Assembly: GCA_002495535.1 (NCBI GenBank)
Contig: DAFX01000038.1
Span: 2,439 to 61,713 of the forward strand
Reading direction: 5' to 3'
DNA: 59,275 nt
Origin: Euryarchaeota archaeon UBA433
GTDB taxonomy: Archaea > Thermoplasmatota > Poseidoniia > Poseidoniales > Poseidoniaceae
Shown in pieces: positions 17,980 to 26,797 of the stretch. The first letter of the stretch is position 1, and each line of letters starts with the position of its first letter. Below the pieces are notes generated by a model. That model did not search any database. It was not told where the DNA came from and saw only the letters and a program-made list of their open reading frames with translations. A program made the position numbers and the translations under genes.

Positions 17980-18639
17980 ATGTACTCAAATGACGCCGCC
18001 CGCTCCAGTTCCGCTGCTTGCCCCGGATGGTTGATGACTGCGGTTGCGCCATGGGGCGAAAATGCAGAAGATGCTTACGACCAAGGCCTGGTTGAACTCG
18101 GTCTTGGCGACGCCCGCCTCATTGAAATGAAGGGCGCCATGTTACCTCTTGGTTTTGGAGCAACAGCCCCCCAACCCCTCCCAATGGGGTCGCTGGTTGA
18201 ATGCCACCTCGCAACCGCCTATGCGTGGAATGGGTCGACCGCTTGTGCCGGCGTTGCATGGGCTTCATGCACGACACCCGAAGGGGATGAATGTGCGATT
18301 GTGGCAACCATTTCGACGACTAAGGATTACGAAGAAACATCGTTGCTGCTTCGTAGAAACTTACAGCGGCGTTTGGCCAGTAGAGATTTAGAAGTCAAAT
18401 CCTTTGATGTTGCTGTGGATGAAGTCACAGCCGCAAACGATCATCATGGCGTAGCAATGGCCGCTCTTATTCTTCCGAATTCTTTGTCACTTGGTGCGAG
18501 AACTGGAACTGGAAAGGTGAGGGGTGGATTGACCAGAAAGGCTGCAGAAACGCCACAAAAGCGAGTGGACGTCAAAGCACCAGCAGCACCAGCGCTTCGC
18601 CCAGGTTCCAAGAAGCAGAACACGGACTTTTCACTTTGA
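17980..18639 (+). CDS. Pyruvoyl-dependent arginine decarboxylase (PdaD)-like protein lacking the Ser-Ser self-processing site
   Basis: AVAPWGENAEDAYDQGLVELGLGDARLIEMKGAMLP...PLPMGSLVE parallels M. jannaschii PdaD ([37 protein letters not shown]...LPMGALVP, recalled from memory). The cleavage SS is replaced by KG, and a basic C-terminal tail of about 50 aa is added. Confidence 0.6.
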   Translation: MYSNDAARSSSAACPGWLMTAVAPWGENAEDAYDQGLVELGLGDARLIEMKGAMLPLGFGATAPQPLPMGSLVECHLATAYAWNGSTACAGVAWASCTTPEGDECAIVATISTTKDYEETSLLLRRNLQRRLASRDLEVKSFDVAVDEVTAANDHHGVAMAALILPNSLSLGARTGTGKVRGGLTRKAAETPQKRVDVKAPAAPALRPGSKKQNTDFSL

Positions 18640-18676
18640 AAGAAGTCTTGAAAGACCCTAGACCCTAACACGGTGT

Positions 18677-19117
18677 ATGGGCAATGGAAGTTTCAACGTC
18701 ATCCGATGCCCTGCTTGCTCCACCTGTCACGGGCGCAAAGGCGCTCCTGGTTCGTGCCCACATTGCGGGCAACATTTGGGTGAGCACGGCGAGGTTCTGA
18801 AGACCGTCCATTCCGCTGAAGCCTTGCGAATTGAAGTGTCCTTAGCTAACACGCCTGCCGAACTCCGGGATGCATTGCGGCAACGAATCAAAGGCAACCA
18901 ACCCCTCTCTCAACTGAATGAAGAAACCCCTTCGAGAATCATGGGGAAATGGGTGGTTGACTCGAAAAATGCAGAGGGTGTGCTCACGGTCCAGTCCGTT
19001 CAGCGAACTCTTGATCAAAACCACTCAAATTTGGATGCGGTTGAGGTTATTGAACAAGCTGAGGTGCAAGGAATGCTCGTACGAGTTGACGAGGTCCGGT
19101 GGATGCTCCTTGAGTGA
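18677..19117 (+). CDS. Zinc-ribbon protein (CPAC...CPHC), DUF5817-like
   Basis: The N-terminus VIRCPACSTCHGRKGAPGSCPHCGQ forms a four-Cys ribbon. The rest is an uncharacterised alpha/beta region. Confidence 0.55.
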   Translation: MGNGSFNVIRCPACSTCHGRKGAPGSCPHCGQHLGEHGEVLKTVHSAEALRIEVSLANTPAELRDALRQRIKGNQPLSQLNEETPSRIMGKWVVDSKNAEGVLTVQSVQRTLDQNHSNLDAVEVIEQAEVQGMLVRVDEVRWMLLE

Positions 19118-19152
19118 ACTTCATAGGTAGGACCTCGTGGGACGGAATGCAA

Positions 19153-19230
19153 GGGCGATTGGGTTAGCTTGGCCTATACTCGGGCGTTTGGGACGCTTGG
19201 ACCCAGGTTCAAATCCTGGATCGCCCACCA
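19153..19230 (+). tRNA. tRNA-Pro (anticodon UGG), CCA encoded
   Basis: Folded by hand: acceptor GGGCGAT/ATCGCCC, anticodon stem GGGCG/CGCTT with loop TTTGGGA (G37), T-arm CCAGG-TTCAAAT-CCTGG, discriminator A, then CCA. Confidence 0.9.
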
Positions 19231-19244
19231 GCATTCATGTGAAT

Positions 19245-19574
19245 TCATTCTGGAAGAATGATTTCATGGACCCACAAAATGTGGTATCCAAATTGAGTTT
19301 TTATGAACCCTTGCGGGATCGTTTCGGGCTCCATTGCCCATACAGCGTCTTCGAAATCTTGTACCATTTGTCCTTCAACAAATTCGCCCAAATCACCTTT
19401 TTTGCTCGCACTCGAACAGTTGGAATATTTTTTGGCGAGTTTTTTGAACACCTTGAGCGGTCGCTTTGCCGTCTGGATTTGCTCTAAGATGCTACGCGCA
19501 TCAGGCTTAGCTGCAACGAGAATGTGCCGTACGTGGGCCTTTCTCGGCTTACGTCGCTTGTCGTGCCTTCGCAT
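19245..19574 (-). CDS. Parvulin-type peptidyl-prolyl cis-trans isomerase
   Basis: VRHILV..., GDLGEFVEGQMVQDFEDAVW, TQFGYHILWV, with a basic N-terminal extension. Confidence 0.85.
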   Translation of the reverse strand: MRRHDKRRKPRKAHVRHILVAAKPDARSILEQIQTAKRPLKVFKKLAKKYSNCSSASKKGDLGEFVEGQMVQDFEDAVWAMEPETIPQGFIKTQFGYHILWVHEIILPE

Positions 19575-20502
19575 TCAACCTCAACTCCTGTACCGTTCGT
19601 GTTGCTGACCTGTCAAAAAAGTGTGCCACGCCCCAAGCCACCAGCGTCAATACAAACGGGGGGCATCCTCGCAGTACCAATTCACGTTCGATGTCGGTGC
19701 TGTAGCCCGGAATTAGGGCGATCCAACCTATGGCGTAGGCGATGAATGCGAACAACGTATGGGGCGTCACGTTTCGATTGAAGAGCCAAGCAAAATTCCG
19801 ACGGTGGTGCTCAAGTCCCATCATCACGCTGACCGAGGTAAAGAAACTCAACGGGCGAATCCCCGATTTTTCCTCTCCATACACCGAACGAACCGGAACC
19901 TCACGGATTCGCCAGCCGCCTCGGGCGAGGTTGATCAACCAGAAGTTGGGGTAGCCGTACCCTTTCCACGACCGGTTCCAAGGCCATGCCTCAAGCACTT
20001 CCGAGGCGGTTGCCGTGTAACCACATTGAGGGTCGTGTATTTTTTGTCCGGCGGCCAGAGTTGTTGCAAATGAAAGCACTTTGCTTGCCCAACGGCGTTG
20101 AGATGGCATTCCTTTTGCACCATCTAAATGGTCGAAACGGTTGCCTTTGGAGTGGTCGCACATTCCTGCGAGCACTGGAGCAATCACTTCGGCGAGGTCT
20201 CTAGGGTCCATCTGACCGTCACCCGCCATCACAGCGCTGACAAATGGTTGATCGAAATGGCTGAGGAGCGTTTGATGGCCGACATCGATGGCTGCGCCGA
20301 CACCAAGGCCAGCGAGCATCACTTCGAGCACTTCGCAAGGTGGTTTAGCAGCTTTGATCTCCGATGTTGTTGAATCGGTCGAACCGTCATTGACCACAAC
20401 GATGCAGTCGACAAATGATGGCATGGTCTCAATGACTTTGCGAATAAATGGGGCTTCATTGCGCGCCGGGACGACAACACCAATCATTCGCCCTCCCTCC
20501 AT
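19549..20502 (-). CDS. Family 2 glycosyltransferase (dolichyl-phosphate sugar synthase-like) with C-terminal TM helices
   Basis: VVVPARNEAPFI...IVVVNDGSTDST...GDGQMDP, plus C-terminal hydrophobic helices. Confidence 0.85.
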   Translation of the reverse strand: MEGGRMIGVVVPARNEAPFIRKVIETMPSFVDCIVVVNDGSTDSTTSEIKAAKPPCEVLEVMLAGLGVGAAIDVGHQTLLSHFDQPFVSAVMAGDGQMDPRDLAEVIAPVLAGMCDHSKGNRFDHLDGAKGMPSQRRWASKVLSFATTLAAGQKIHDPQCGYTATASEVLEAWPWNRSWKGYGYPNFWLINLARGGWRIREVPVRSVYGEEKSGIRPLSFFTSVSVMMGLEHHRRNFAWLFNRNVTPHTLFAFIAYAIGWIALIPGYSTDIERELVLRGCPPFVLTLVAWGVAHFFDRSATRTVQELRLNAKARQAT

Positions 20503-20649
20503 GATTCACCGTGCGCTAAGGGCCTCAAGAACCTGCCCAATAGCAACTGGCTCGCTGACGAGTTCTGCATAAAGGGCGGTTGCAAGCGTTGTTGTTTGAG
20601 AGGTTTGATAGGTGGAAGGCATAGCATACGAGCCGTGGCAGGCATCTCT

Positions 20650-21468
20650 ATGCGCATCGTCCTCATTGGGAGGGACATCGAATTACGAGTTGTCTCGCTC
20701 ATTGTACGTGCTAGAGAAGTTTCAGATGAAGTGGTGTTTGTCGATCTTGGTTCGAACGACGCCACTGTGGAGCTGGCCCAAGAAGTTGGTTGTCAGTCCT
20801 TGCATTTTACAGAACAGCTGAACGCCGTTGAACTCGCCAAGTTTCTCATTACGAGCCCTCTCGAACCAGCAAAGACCACGCTTGCAATCCAAGTGACTGA
20901 TGCCTGGAAACTGCAAGACATCTCCCTTTCCATCAACCGAGCTAGGGAACTTTGGGATCTCCATCTTTCATACGAAGCACAGCCTGATGAAGAGCCTCAG
21001 GTCGAAGACCCAATTTTGGCAGATTTGACCCTACGCCACATCGTCATGACCCAATCAGGCATGAAGGCCATTGCTGCAGTTGGGAACGAAGACACGCAGG
21101 AGTCCCTGGATGAAACCTTACGTGTCCGTATCGTTCGTGCTGCGAACAATGTCAAGATCACTCAACGTGAATCCCTGGCAACAGCATCTAAATTTGCCCA
21201 ATTGTTCTATTGGATGCTGGAGACAAAACACCCATTGTTGTTGTTTGGAATACCAGGTATTGTGTTGTTTATCCTCGGTTATCGCCTTTCTGGAAACATT
21301 GTTGGAGCCCTGGAAGAAATTAACTCAACATCAATCGGAGTCACATTGGCAACGATTGCGATGACCTTGATTGGTTTGTTCAGCATCATGGTCGCCCTCA
21401 TCCTCTACATCATGGGCAAGCAAGTGGAGCAAATACAATCGCAGTACGATTGGCCATCACGCAACTGA
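20650..21468 (+). CDS. GT2-like membrane protein with degenerate catalytic motifs
   Basis: VVFVDLGSNDATVELAQEVG resembles the GT2 VVDDGStDgT motif but has DL in place of DD and lacks the N-terminal NE. The C-terminal helices LLLFGIPGIVLFILGY and TLATIAMTLIGLFSIMVALILYIMG resemble GtrB/DPM-synthase tails. Confidence 0.5.
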   Translation: MRIVLIGRDIELRVVSLIVRAREVSDEVVFVDLGSNDATVELAQEVGCQSLHFTEQLNAVELAKFLITSPLEPAKTTLAIQVTDAWKLQDISLSINRARELWDLHLSYEAQPDEEPQVEDPILADLTLRHIVMTQSGMKAIAAVGNEDTQESLDETLRVRIVRAANNVKITQRESLATASKFAQLFYWMLETKHPLLLFGIPGIVLFILGYRLSGNIVGALEEINSTSIGVTLATIAMTLIGLFSIMVALILYIMGKQVEQIQSQYDWPSRN

Positions 21469-22283
21469 TGACAGAGAGTTTGATAGCGGAGCGGAATCAA
21501 TTGTCGTCAATGCAGCCCAATCGACTCGTATGTTTGGACATGGACCGTGTTCTTGTCGATCACCTCTCTACGTGGCAATTTGTCTATGATCGCCTTGGCA
21601 TCTCCAACGATGAATCCTTTGAACTGTACAACCAAGGGCTTCTCGATGAATGGGATTGGATCAAACTTGACATTGCACTCATCAAAGAGAGTCGAAAGGA
21701 CGGTCCGATGGTCACCGACGCTGAACTTCGCGGCCTCATGGAAGGCATGCCGATGATGAAGTACTGGAAAGAATTGATCAGGGATCTACTCGACAATAAT
21801 TTCCTTGTCGCCATCGTGAGCGGTGGCTTGCAACAAACTGCACGAGATATCGCAGCTCAATTTCCCTCGGATGAGCCATGGAAGCGACGCTGGGGCGGCA
21901 TTGACCGGTTCACATCACAACGGTTCGGTGACGGGAATGACACCAAACTTCACGTCTTTACCAACGGTTGGTTGCAGGGGGCTTCAACGGCTGATGGCGA
22001 CCACCAGATTGCTGATTTCGGTCGTTATCAAGTGCAAATGGATGGCAAGGGTTCGGTTGTCAAAATGCTTCAAAGAAGGCTCGATGTCACAAAGGAAAAC
22101 ACAGCCTCAGTCGGAGATTCTGCAGGCGACATCAGCATGTTTCAACAGTCCGGATTACCCATTTGTTTCAATCCCTGGGACGACCGCCCTAAGGCTCACG
22201 CGACCCACATCGTTGAAGAGAAAGATCTTGAAATTGTCAAGAATCTTATCTTCGAGCATTTCCAAATCGGTCCAACATCTTGA
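21468..22283 (+). CDS. HAD-superfamily hydrolase (phosphoserine phosphatase-like)
   Basis: Motif I LDMDRVLV, motif IVSGG, motif IV GDSAGDISM. ATG 21468 overlaps the upstream stop (TGATG). Confidence 0.75.
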   Translation: MTESLIAERNQLSSMQPNRLVCLDMDRVLVDHLSTWQFVYDRLGISNDESFELYNQGLLDEWDWIKLDIALIKESRKDGPMVTDAELRGLMEGMPMMKYWKELIRDLLDNNFLVAIVSGGLQQTARDIAAQFPSDEPWKRRWGGIDRFTSQRFGDGNDTKLHVFTNGWLQGASTADGDHQIADFGRYQVQMDGKGSVVKMLQRRLDVTKENTASVGDSAGDISMFQQSGLPICFNPWDDRPKAHATHIVEEKDLEIVKNLIFEHFQIGPTS

Positions 22284-22308
22284 TGAACCACGCTGGCAAA
22301 GTCACTTC

Positions 22309-22416
22309 ATGCTCGGAGATGACTTGCTGACCTCAATTTGCCCTCATTGTGGATTTTTGCTTGGTGCCTTTATTCCTGGGATGCCATGCCCAGAATGTGG
22401 TGAACCGCTGCTTTAG
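22309..22416 (+). CDS. Possible 35-aa zinc-ribbon peptide
   Basis: MLGDDLLTSICPHCGFLLGAFIPGMPCPECGEPLL has CPHC...CPEC. It is short and overlaps the convergent gene's stop, so the call is weak. Confidence 0.25.
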   Translation: MLGDDLLTSICPHCGFLLGAFIPGMPCPECGEPLL

Positions 22417-23456
22417 TCCGAAATGAACTGAACGCCTCTGTCCTTCATGTAGGACATGATGTGTTCCATGGCGTTTGCTGAAAGCCCTTCTGGCGGGTGA
22501 ATGCCGGGTTCAAGCCCGCATCCATCAAGAGGCCCATGTTCCAAAAAAAGAAGAGCGCAAGCCGCAGTGACCAATCCGGTTGTTCTTGCCATCGAACCAT
22601 CCCCGTCCATGCCAGAGTCCTGAACGATGGTTTTTTGCCGTGTAGTTTTGTTTGAGGCCACGACTTCCAGCCAGGTGAATTCCTCCCGCTGTGCGTCGAA
22701 CTTCCACGCATTGAGAAGATCTTCTTCTTCCATCGTTTGGCCCTCATTAAGCCAGCGATCAATGTGGCCCGGCCACCGAACGGTGTATTCTTTCATGGTC
22801 GAGCAGGGGATCGTGTCGAGCACGCTTCGCAAACCATCGGTGAGAAAAGCCTCCATGGTCCCAAAACCGTCCACTTCGATTGAGTGGCGTTCGCTCAGAG
22901 CAGGAACCTCCAGAGTGCGACCGTCAACTCGAATTCGAGCCGGCCGGGTGTATTCCTCAATGACATCAGAGGGTGAAAAAGGCGCCATGTAGGACCACTC
23001 GTCGTCCATATTGGTCGGGTTACCACCTACTTTGATGGCGACATTCTCCAACGGACCTAGCGCATTGAAGGCCTGTTTGACCAGCATGTTCGAAATGCCG
23101 GGGGCAATGCCCACATCCCAGAGAAGGACCGCATTGTTTGCAACAGCCAACGCTTGGTGTTCGTGAGGATCTTCCGCCGTGAAGGCCAAATCGATCACGT
23201 TGTGACCAGATGCAAGCAAATGTGGTCGGACCGCATCTCCAATTCGCCCGGGCAACATGTTGACGACAGTTTGCTTCGGTCCTAACTTCGCAATTTCGAC
23301 CATTGCATCGCCCTGACGAGCCTCAACGTTTGGATGGTCATGCAATGAGGCGGGGACTTCGAGGTCGATGGCGATCACGTCATGACCAGCTTCGAGCAGT
23401 CGTTCAATCACAAAACGGCCGACCAGGCCGCTCCCTAGAGCCACCACTTTTGCCAT
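22413..23456 (-). CDS. Saccharopine dehydrogenase-family NAD(P)-binding oxidoreductase
   Basis: The N-terminus KVVALGSGLVGRFVIERLLEAGHDVIAIDL is a Rossmann fold. The length and C-terminal domain fit the saccharopine/lysine dehydrogenase family. Confidence 0.75.
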   Translation of the reverse strand: MAKVVALGSGLVGRFVIERLLEAGHDVIAIDLEVPASLHDHPNVEARQGDAMVEIAKLGPKQTVVNMLPGRIGDAVRPHLLASGHNVIDLAFTAEDPHEHQALAVANNAVLLWDVGIAPGISNMLVKQAFNALGPLENVAIKVGGNPTNMDDEWSYMAPFSPSDVIEEYTRPARIRVDGRTLEVPALSERHSIEVDGFGTMEAFLTDGLRSVLDTIPCSTMKEYTVRWPGHIDRWLNEGQTMEEEDLLNAWKFDAQREEFTWLEVVASNKTTRQKTIVQDSGMDGDGSMARTTGLVTAACALLFLEHGPLDGCGLEPGIHPPEGLSANAMEHIMSYMKDRGVQFISD

Positions 23457-23465
23457 CGGTTCACC

Positions 23466-24824
23466 TCAGGGTGTCACGCGTCGCGAATCACGGGGGAACG
23501 GGATGACTTCTCGAATGTGGTCGGCACCGGTCAGCCAAGAGCACACACGGTCGACGCCTAATCCGAAGCCACCGTGAGGTACGCCACCATAAGATCGGGT
23601 GTCAATGTAGAATTGGTAAGCCTCGTGGGGGGTTCCTTCCTCATCAAGACGCTTGAGTATCTCCTCTTCGGACCACGTACGCTCTCCTCCACCAATGATT
23701 TCACCATAGCCTTCAGGGGCCAACAAATCATGGCATAGGACGTACTTCTCATCCTCTGGATCGACTCGATGATAGAATGGCTTGGCAATTTTCGGGTAGT
23801 GCGTGAGGAAATGTGGGACATCGAAATCTTGAGTGAGTACTTTTTCTTTGGAATAGTCCAAATCTTGTCCCCATTCCACATCGACTCCCATGCCTTGTAG
23901 GGTTTCAATTGCCTCATCATAGCGCATTCTGGGGTAGGGGCTGTCAGCATAGCGTGCGACGAGGTCGAGGTCTCTACCGAGGGATTCCAGTTCTGTGCTT
24001 TGCTCTTCGATCAGGGTCGAAGCGATGCTTCGAACAACACCTTCTCCATGGCTCATGATCTCTTCGTTGCTTGCCCAAGCCACTTCCATTTCAGCGTGCC
24101 AAAACTCAGTCAAATGTCGACGTGTTCTGGATTTTTCAGCCCTAAATGATGGGGCGATGGTGTAGAGGCGTTCAAGCGCTGGCATGGCTGCTTCAGCATA
24201 GAGCTGCCACGATTGAGTCAAGTAGGCAGTGCGGCCAAAGTAGGGCACTTCAAACAGGGTCGATCCACCTTCAACGGCACCGGCCACAAAGTTCGGGGCT
24301 TGGTATTCGACAAAATCCAAATCGCGGAAGTAACCATGGATTGCACCAAACACGCTGCTGCGCAATTGCAACATCGTGGTCATGCGAGACGTTCGGAGGT
24401 AAAGATGGCGGTTGTCAAGCAAGAATTCAGTTTCACCGCCATCGGCGGCAGCCATGGCTGATTCGGTGATCGGGAAAGGTCGCTCAGGGTTGACTTGCCC
24501 GACGATTTCCACGGATGAAACTACGAGTTCATGCCCACCTTCAGAACGTTCGTCGACATTGACGGTTCCAGTGATGATGATGCTCGATTCAATGAGGGCA
24601 CCCTTCACTTGGTCAAAGGCCTCATCGCCCAATGCATCGCGCTTTGCGACGCATTGAATCGTTCCAGTTGAATCACGCAGAACGATAAAGCGAATTTTGT
24701 TCGAGCCTCGGGTTCTTTTGACCCAACCCTTGAGTTCGACCACTTGGTTGTCATACATTCCAGATTGCACATCTCCAATCCAAATCGTCTTCACCATCTT
24801 CGCACCTGTTGTCGGGTAGGCCAT
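23466..24824 (-). CDS. asnS: Asparaginyl-tRNA synthetase (class IIb)
   Basis: OB-fold N-terminus (GWVKRTRGSNKIRFIVLRDSTG), motif 2 FRAEKSRTRRHLTEFWHAEMEVAW (AsnRS-like rather than archaeal AspRS-like), and C-terminal GGFGLGVDRV...IPFPR...P. Confidence 0.8.
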   Translation of the reverse strand: MAYPTTGAKMVKTIWIGDVQSGMYDNQVVELKGWVKRTRGSNKIRFIVLRDSTGTIQCVAKRDALGDEAFDQVKGALIESSIIITGTVNVDERSEGGHELVVSSVEIVGQVNPERPFPITESAMAAADGGETEFLLDNRHLYLRTSRMTTMLQLRSSVFGAIHGYFRDLDFVEYQAPNFVAGAVEGGSTLFEVPYFGRTAYLTQSWQLYAEAAMPALERLYTIAPSFRAEKSRTRRHLTEFWHAEMEVAWASNEEIMSHGEGVVRSIASTLIEEQSTELESLGRDLDLVARYADSPYPRMRYDEAIETLQGMGVDVEWGQDLDYSKEKVLTQDFDVPHFLTHYPKIAKPFYHRVDPEDEKYVLCHDLLAPEGYGEIIGGGERTWSEEEILKRLDEEGTPHEAYQFYIDTRSYGGVPHGGFGLGVDRVCSWLTGADHIREVIPFPRDSRRVTP

Positions 24825-24937
24825 TGTCTAATTCAATGTCACCCATCCCTCGCAAAGAAAGCAAGATGCGAAAACCATGCCTGTGGACGGGGCATAACGG
24901 CACAAGCCTCAAACCATCTGCGAAGTGATGTGGTGCC

Positions 24938-25846
24938 GTGGCACGGGTTGCAGTGTATGCAATAGGCGGGAATGCGTTGGCATCGCCATCGGGAGATTCA
25001 GACGGTTCGAGCGAACGAGTTCTGGCCCACGTGATGTCTGATGTCGTAGATTTATTGGAGGCTGGTTGGGGTGTTGTACTCACTCATGGCAACGGTCCAC
25101 AAGTGGGGCATCTGATGGCGCTCGACACTGATCTGACTCAGCCAATGGACGCATGGGTGGCTGCAACCCAAGGGATGATTGGCCATGGGCTCGCTCTCAA
25201 TCTTGATTCAATTCTCTCCAAACGGCAACGCCCCGAGCGCACGGTGAACGTAATCACCCGTGTGCTTGTGGACGGGAACGATCCTGGATTCGCCAAGCCG
25301 ACCAAGCCAGTCGGTCCTGTCCTTTCATCGCAAATGGTCATGCAGGCAGATTGGGACATAGCTGAAACTAAAATTGGTCCTCGTAGGGTTGTAGCAAGCC
25401 CCTTGCCTATGGAAATTATTGATCTGCCAGTGATTCAGAAACTTGTGGATTTGCACGCTGTGGTCATTTGTGGAGGTGGAGGTGGCATACCGGTTGCACG
25501 CAAAGATCAACATTTCATCGGGGTGCCCGCAGTGATCGACAAGGACAGAGTTTCGTCTTTGCTAGCGATAAAACTCGAGGCAGAGGCGCTGATTATATCC
25601 ACGGCCATCGATGCGGTGCGAACAGGATTTGGCACCGAGGATGAAGTGGTTCACCAAACCCTCACGCTCGATGAATGCGAGGCACACATGCAAGCTGGTG
25701 AATTCCCAGCAGGTTCTATGGGTCCAAAAATTGGCAGTTTGATGGAAGCTGCTCTCCATCGTCCCGGGTTGCAAGCCATCTTATGCCAACCTGGAGATGC
25801 GCTCGAAGCCTTGCGTGGAACTGCTGGAACAACAATTGTGGTGTGA
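24938..25846 (+). CDS. arcC: Carbamate kinase
   Basis: VAVYAIGGNAL, THGNGPQVG, GGGGIPV, VIDKD. It appears to use a GTG start. Confidence 0.9.
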   Translation: MARVAVYAIGGNALASPSGDSDGSSERVLAHVMSDVVDLLEAGWGVVLTHGNGPQVGHLMALDTDLTQPMDAWVAATQGMIGHGLALNLDSILSKRQRPERTVNVITRVLVDGNDPGFAKPTKPVGPVLSSQMVMQADWDIAETKIGPRRVVASPLPMEIIDLPVIQKLVDLHAVVICGGGGGIPVARKDQHFIGVPAVIDKDRVSSLLAIKLEAEALIISTAIDAVRTGFGTEDEVVHQTLTLDECEAHMQAGEFPAGSMGPKIGSLMEAALHRPGLQAILCQPGDALEALRGTAGTTIVV

Positions 25847-25894
25847 TGTGCGGCTGAGCGCATGTTCATGTACTAGTTCAGACTCCAACAAACC

Positions 25895-26350
25895 ATGACC
25901 AACGACAACATCCTACCCGAAATTGAAGCCTCTGCCCACTGTGACGGACCATGCGGCGTCTACGACCCTGCTAGCGCTCGAATTGCTGGAGAAGCAGTTC
26001 AATCGATGACCAAGAAAATGCTTGCACTCGAATACCCAAAGGTGTTCAGTTCCGAATCCATGGCGTCCTACCTCAACACCATGAGCCGCTACGCAGCCAT
26101 CAAGGACGAGGAAGCACAGAAGTGCAAGCATGAATTGCTTGTTTTGTGGACTGATTTCTTCAAGCCACAGCACTTGGATGCCCACCCAGAACTTCACACC
26201 ACCTTCTGGCAAGCAGCAAAACTTTGCAGCGCATGCAAGGTTGAAGTTTCAGCAGTGCACGCTCAAGAGCTCATGGACGCTATCGAAGCAATTCATCACA
26301 TGTTCTGGGAGATCAAGGGCCGAGAAGTCCCTTGGATCCGTGCAAGTTGA
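25895..26350 (+). CDS. sodN: Nickel superoxide dismutase precursor
   Basis: A 14-aa propeptide (MTNDNILPEIEASA) is followed by the Ni-hook HCDGPCGVYDP. Confidence 0.9.
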   Translation: MTNDNILPEIEASAHCDGPCGVYDPASARIAGEAVQSMTKKMLALEYPKVFSSESMASYLNTMSRYAAIKDEEAQKCKHELLVLWTDFFKPQHLDAHPELHTTFWQAAKLCSACKVEVSAVHAQELMDAIEAIHHMFWEIKGREVPWIRAS

Positions 26351-26359
26351 GGACCGGAT

Positions 26360-26653
26360 ATGGAGCGATTCATCGCTGTTGTTTCAGGCGACAGCATGTG
26401 GCCAACTTACAACGAAGGGCAACGTCTCGTCTGTGAATCCTCGAATGAGTTGCTTGTTGTCGGTGCTGTGATCGTGTTCCAACACCCGCTTCATTCTGCT
26501 GTCAAAGCCATCAAGAGGGTCGTCTCAATCGAACAGGATTTGATCTTTGTTGAGGGCGACCATCCAGATCCAACCTCATCGGATGATTCCCATAATTTTG
26601 GGAAAATACCCCGCTCAAGCGTGCTTGGTGTGGTTGTGGACGATGCACCTTGA
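26360..26653 (+). CDS. sodX: S26-family signal-peptidase-like NiSOD maturation protease (SodX-like)
   Basis: VSGDSMWPTY (catalytic Ser motif), IKRVV (Lys motif), GDHPDPTSSDDSHNFG. It lies 10 nt downstream of sodN. Confidence 0.75.
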   Translation: MERFIAVVSGDSMWPTYNEGQRLVCESSNELLVVGAVIVFQHPLHSAVKAIKRVVSIEQDLIFVEGDHPDPTSSDDSHNFGKIPRSSVLGVVVDDAP

Positions 26654-26664
26654 TGGGTTCGTTT

Positions 26665-26741
26665 TGGCGGGCCTGACGGGGTTCGAACCCGCGACCGATG
26701 GATTAAGAGTCCATCGCTCTACCTGACTAAGCTACAGGCCC
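26665..26741 (-). tRNA. tRNA-Lys (anticodon CUU), CCA encoded
   Basis: The reverse complement folds by hand: acceptor GGGCCTG/CAGGCCC, D-stem GCTT/GAGC, anticodon stem ATGGA/TCCAT with loop CTCTTAA, T-loop TTCGAAC, discriminator G, then CCA. Confidence 0.9.
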
Positions 26742-26762
26742 ACCCCGCCGTCCTTCCGGTCG

Positions 26763-26770
26763 TATTTAAT
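26763..26770 (-). promoter_or_regulatory. TATA-like box (ATTAAATA) about 22-29 nt upstream of the tRNA-Lys 5' end
   Basis: The plus strand tatttaat reads ATTAAATA on the tRNA strand. The spacing fits an archaeal TATA box. Confidence 0.3.
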
Positions 26771-26797
26771 GATTGACGGACAACAACTCAAGCCAAC

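Noticed and set aside
19137-19487. 116-aa plus-strand ORF.
   Set aside because: It starts inside tRNA-Pro and then runs antisense to the parvulin gene, which has clear PPIase motifs.
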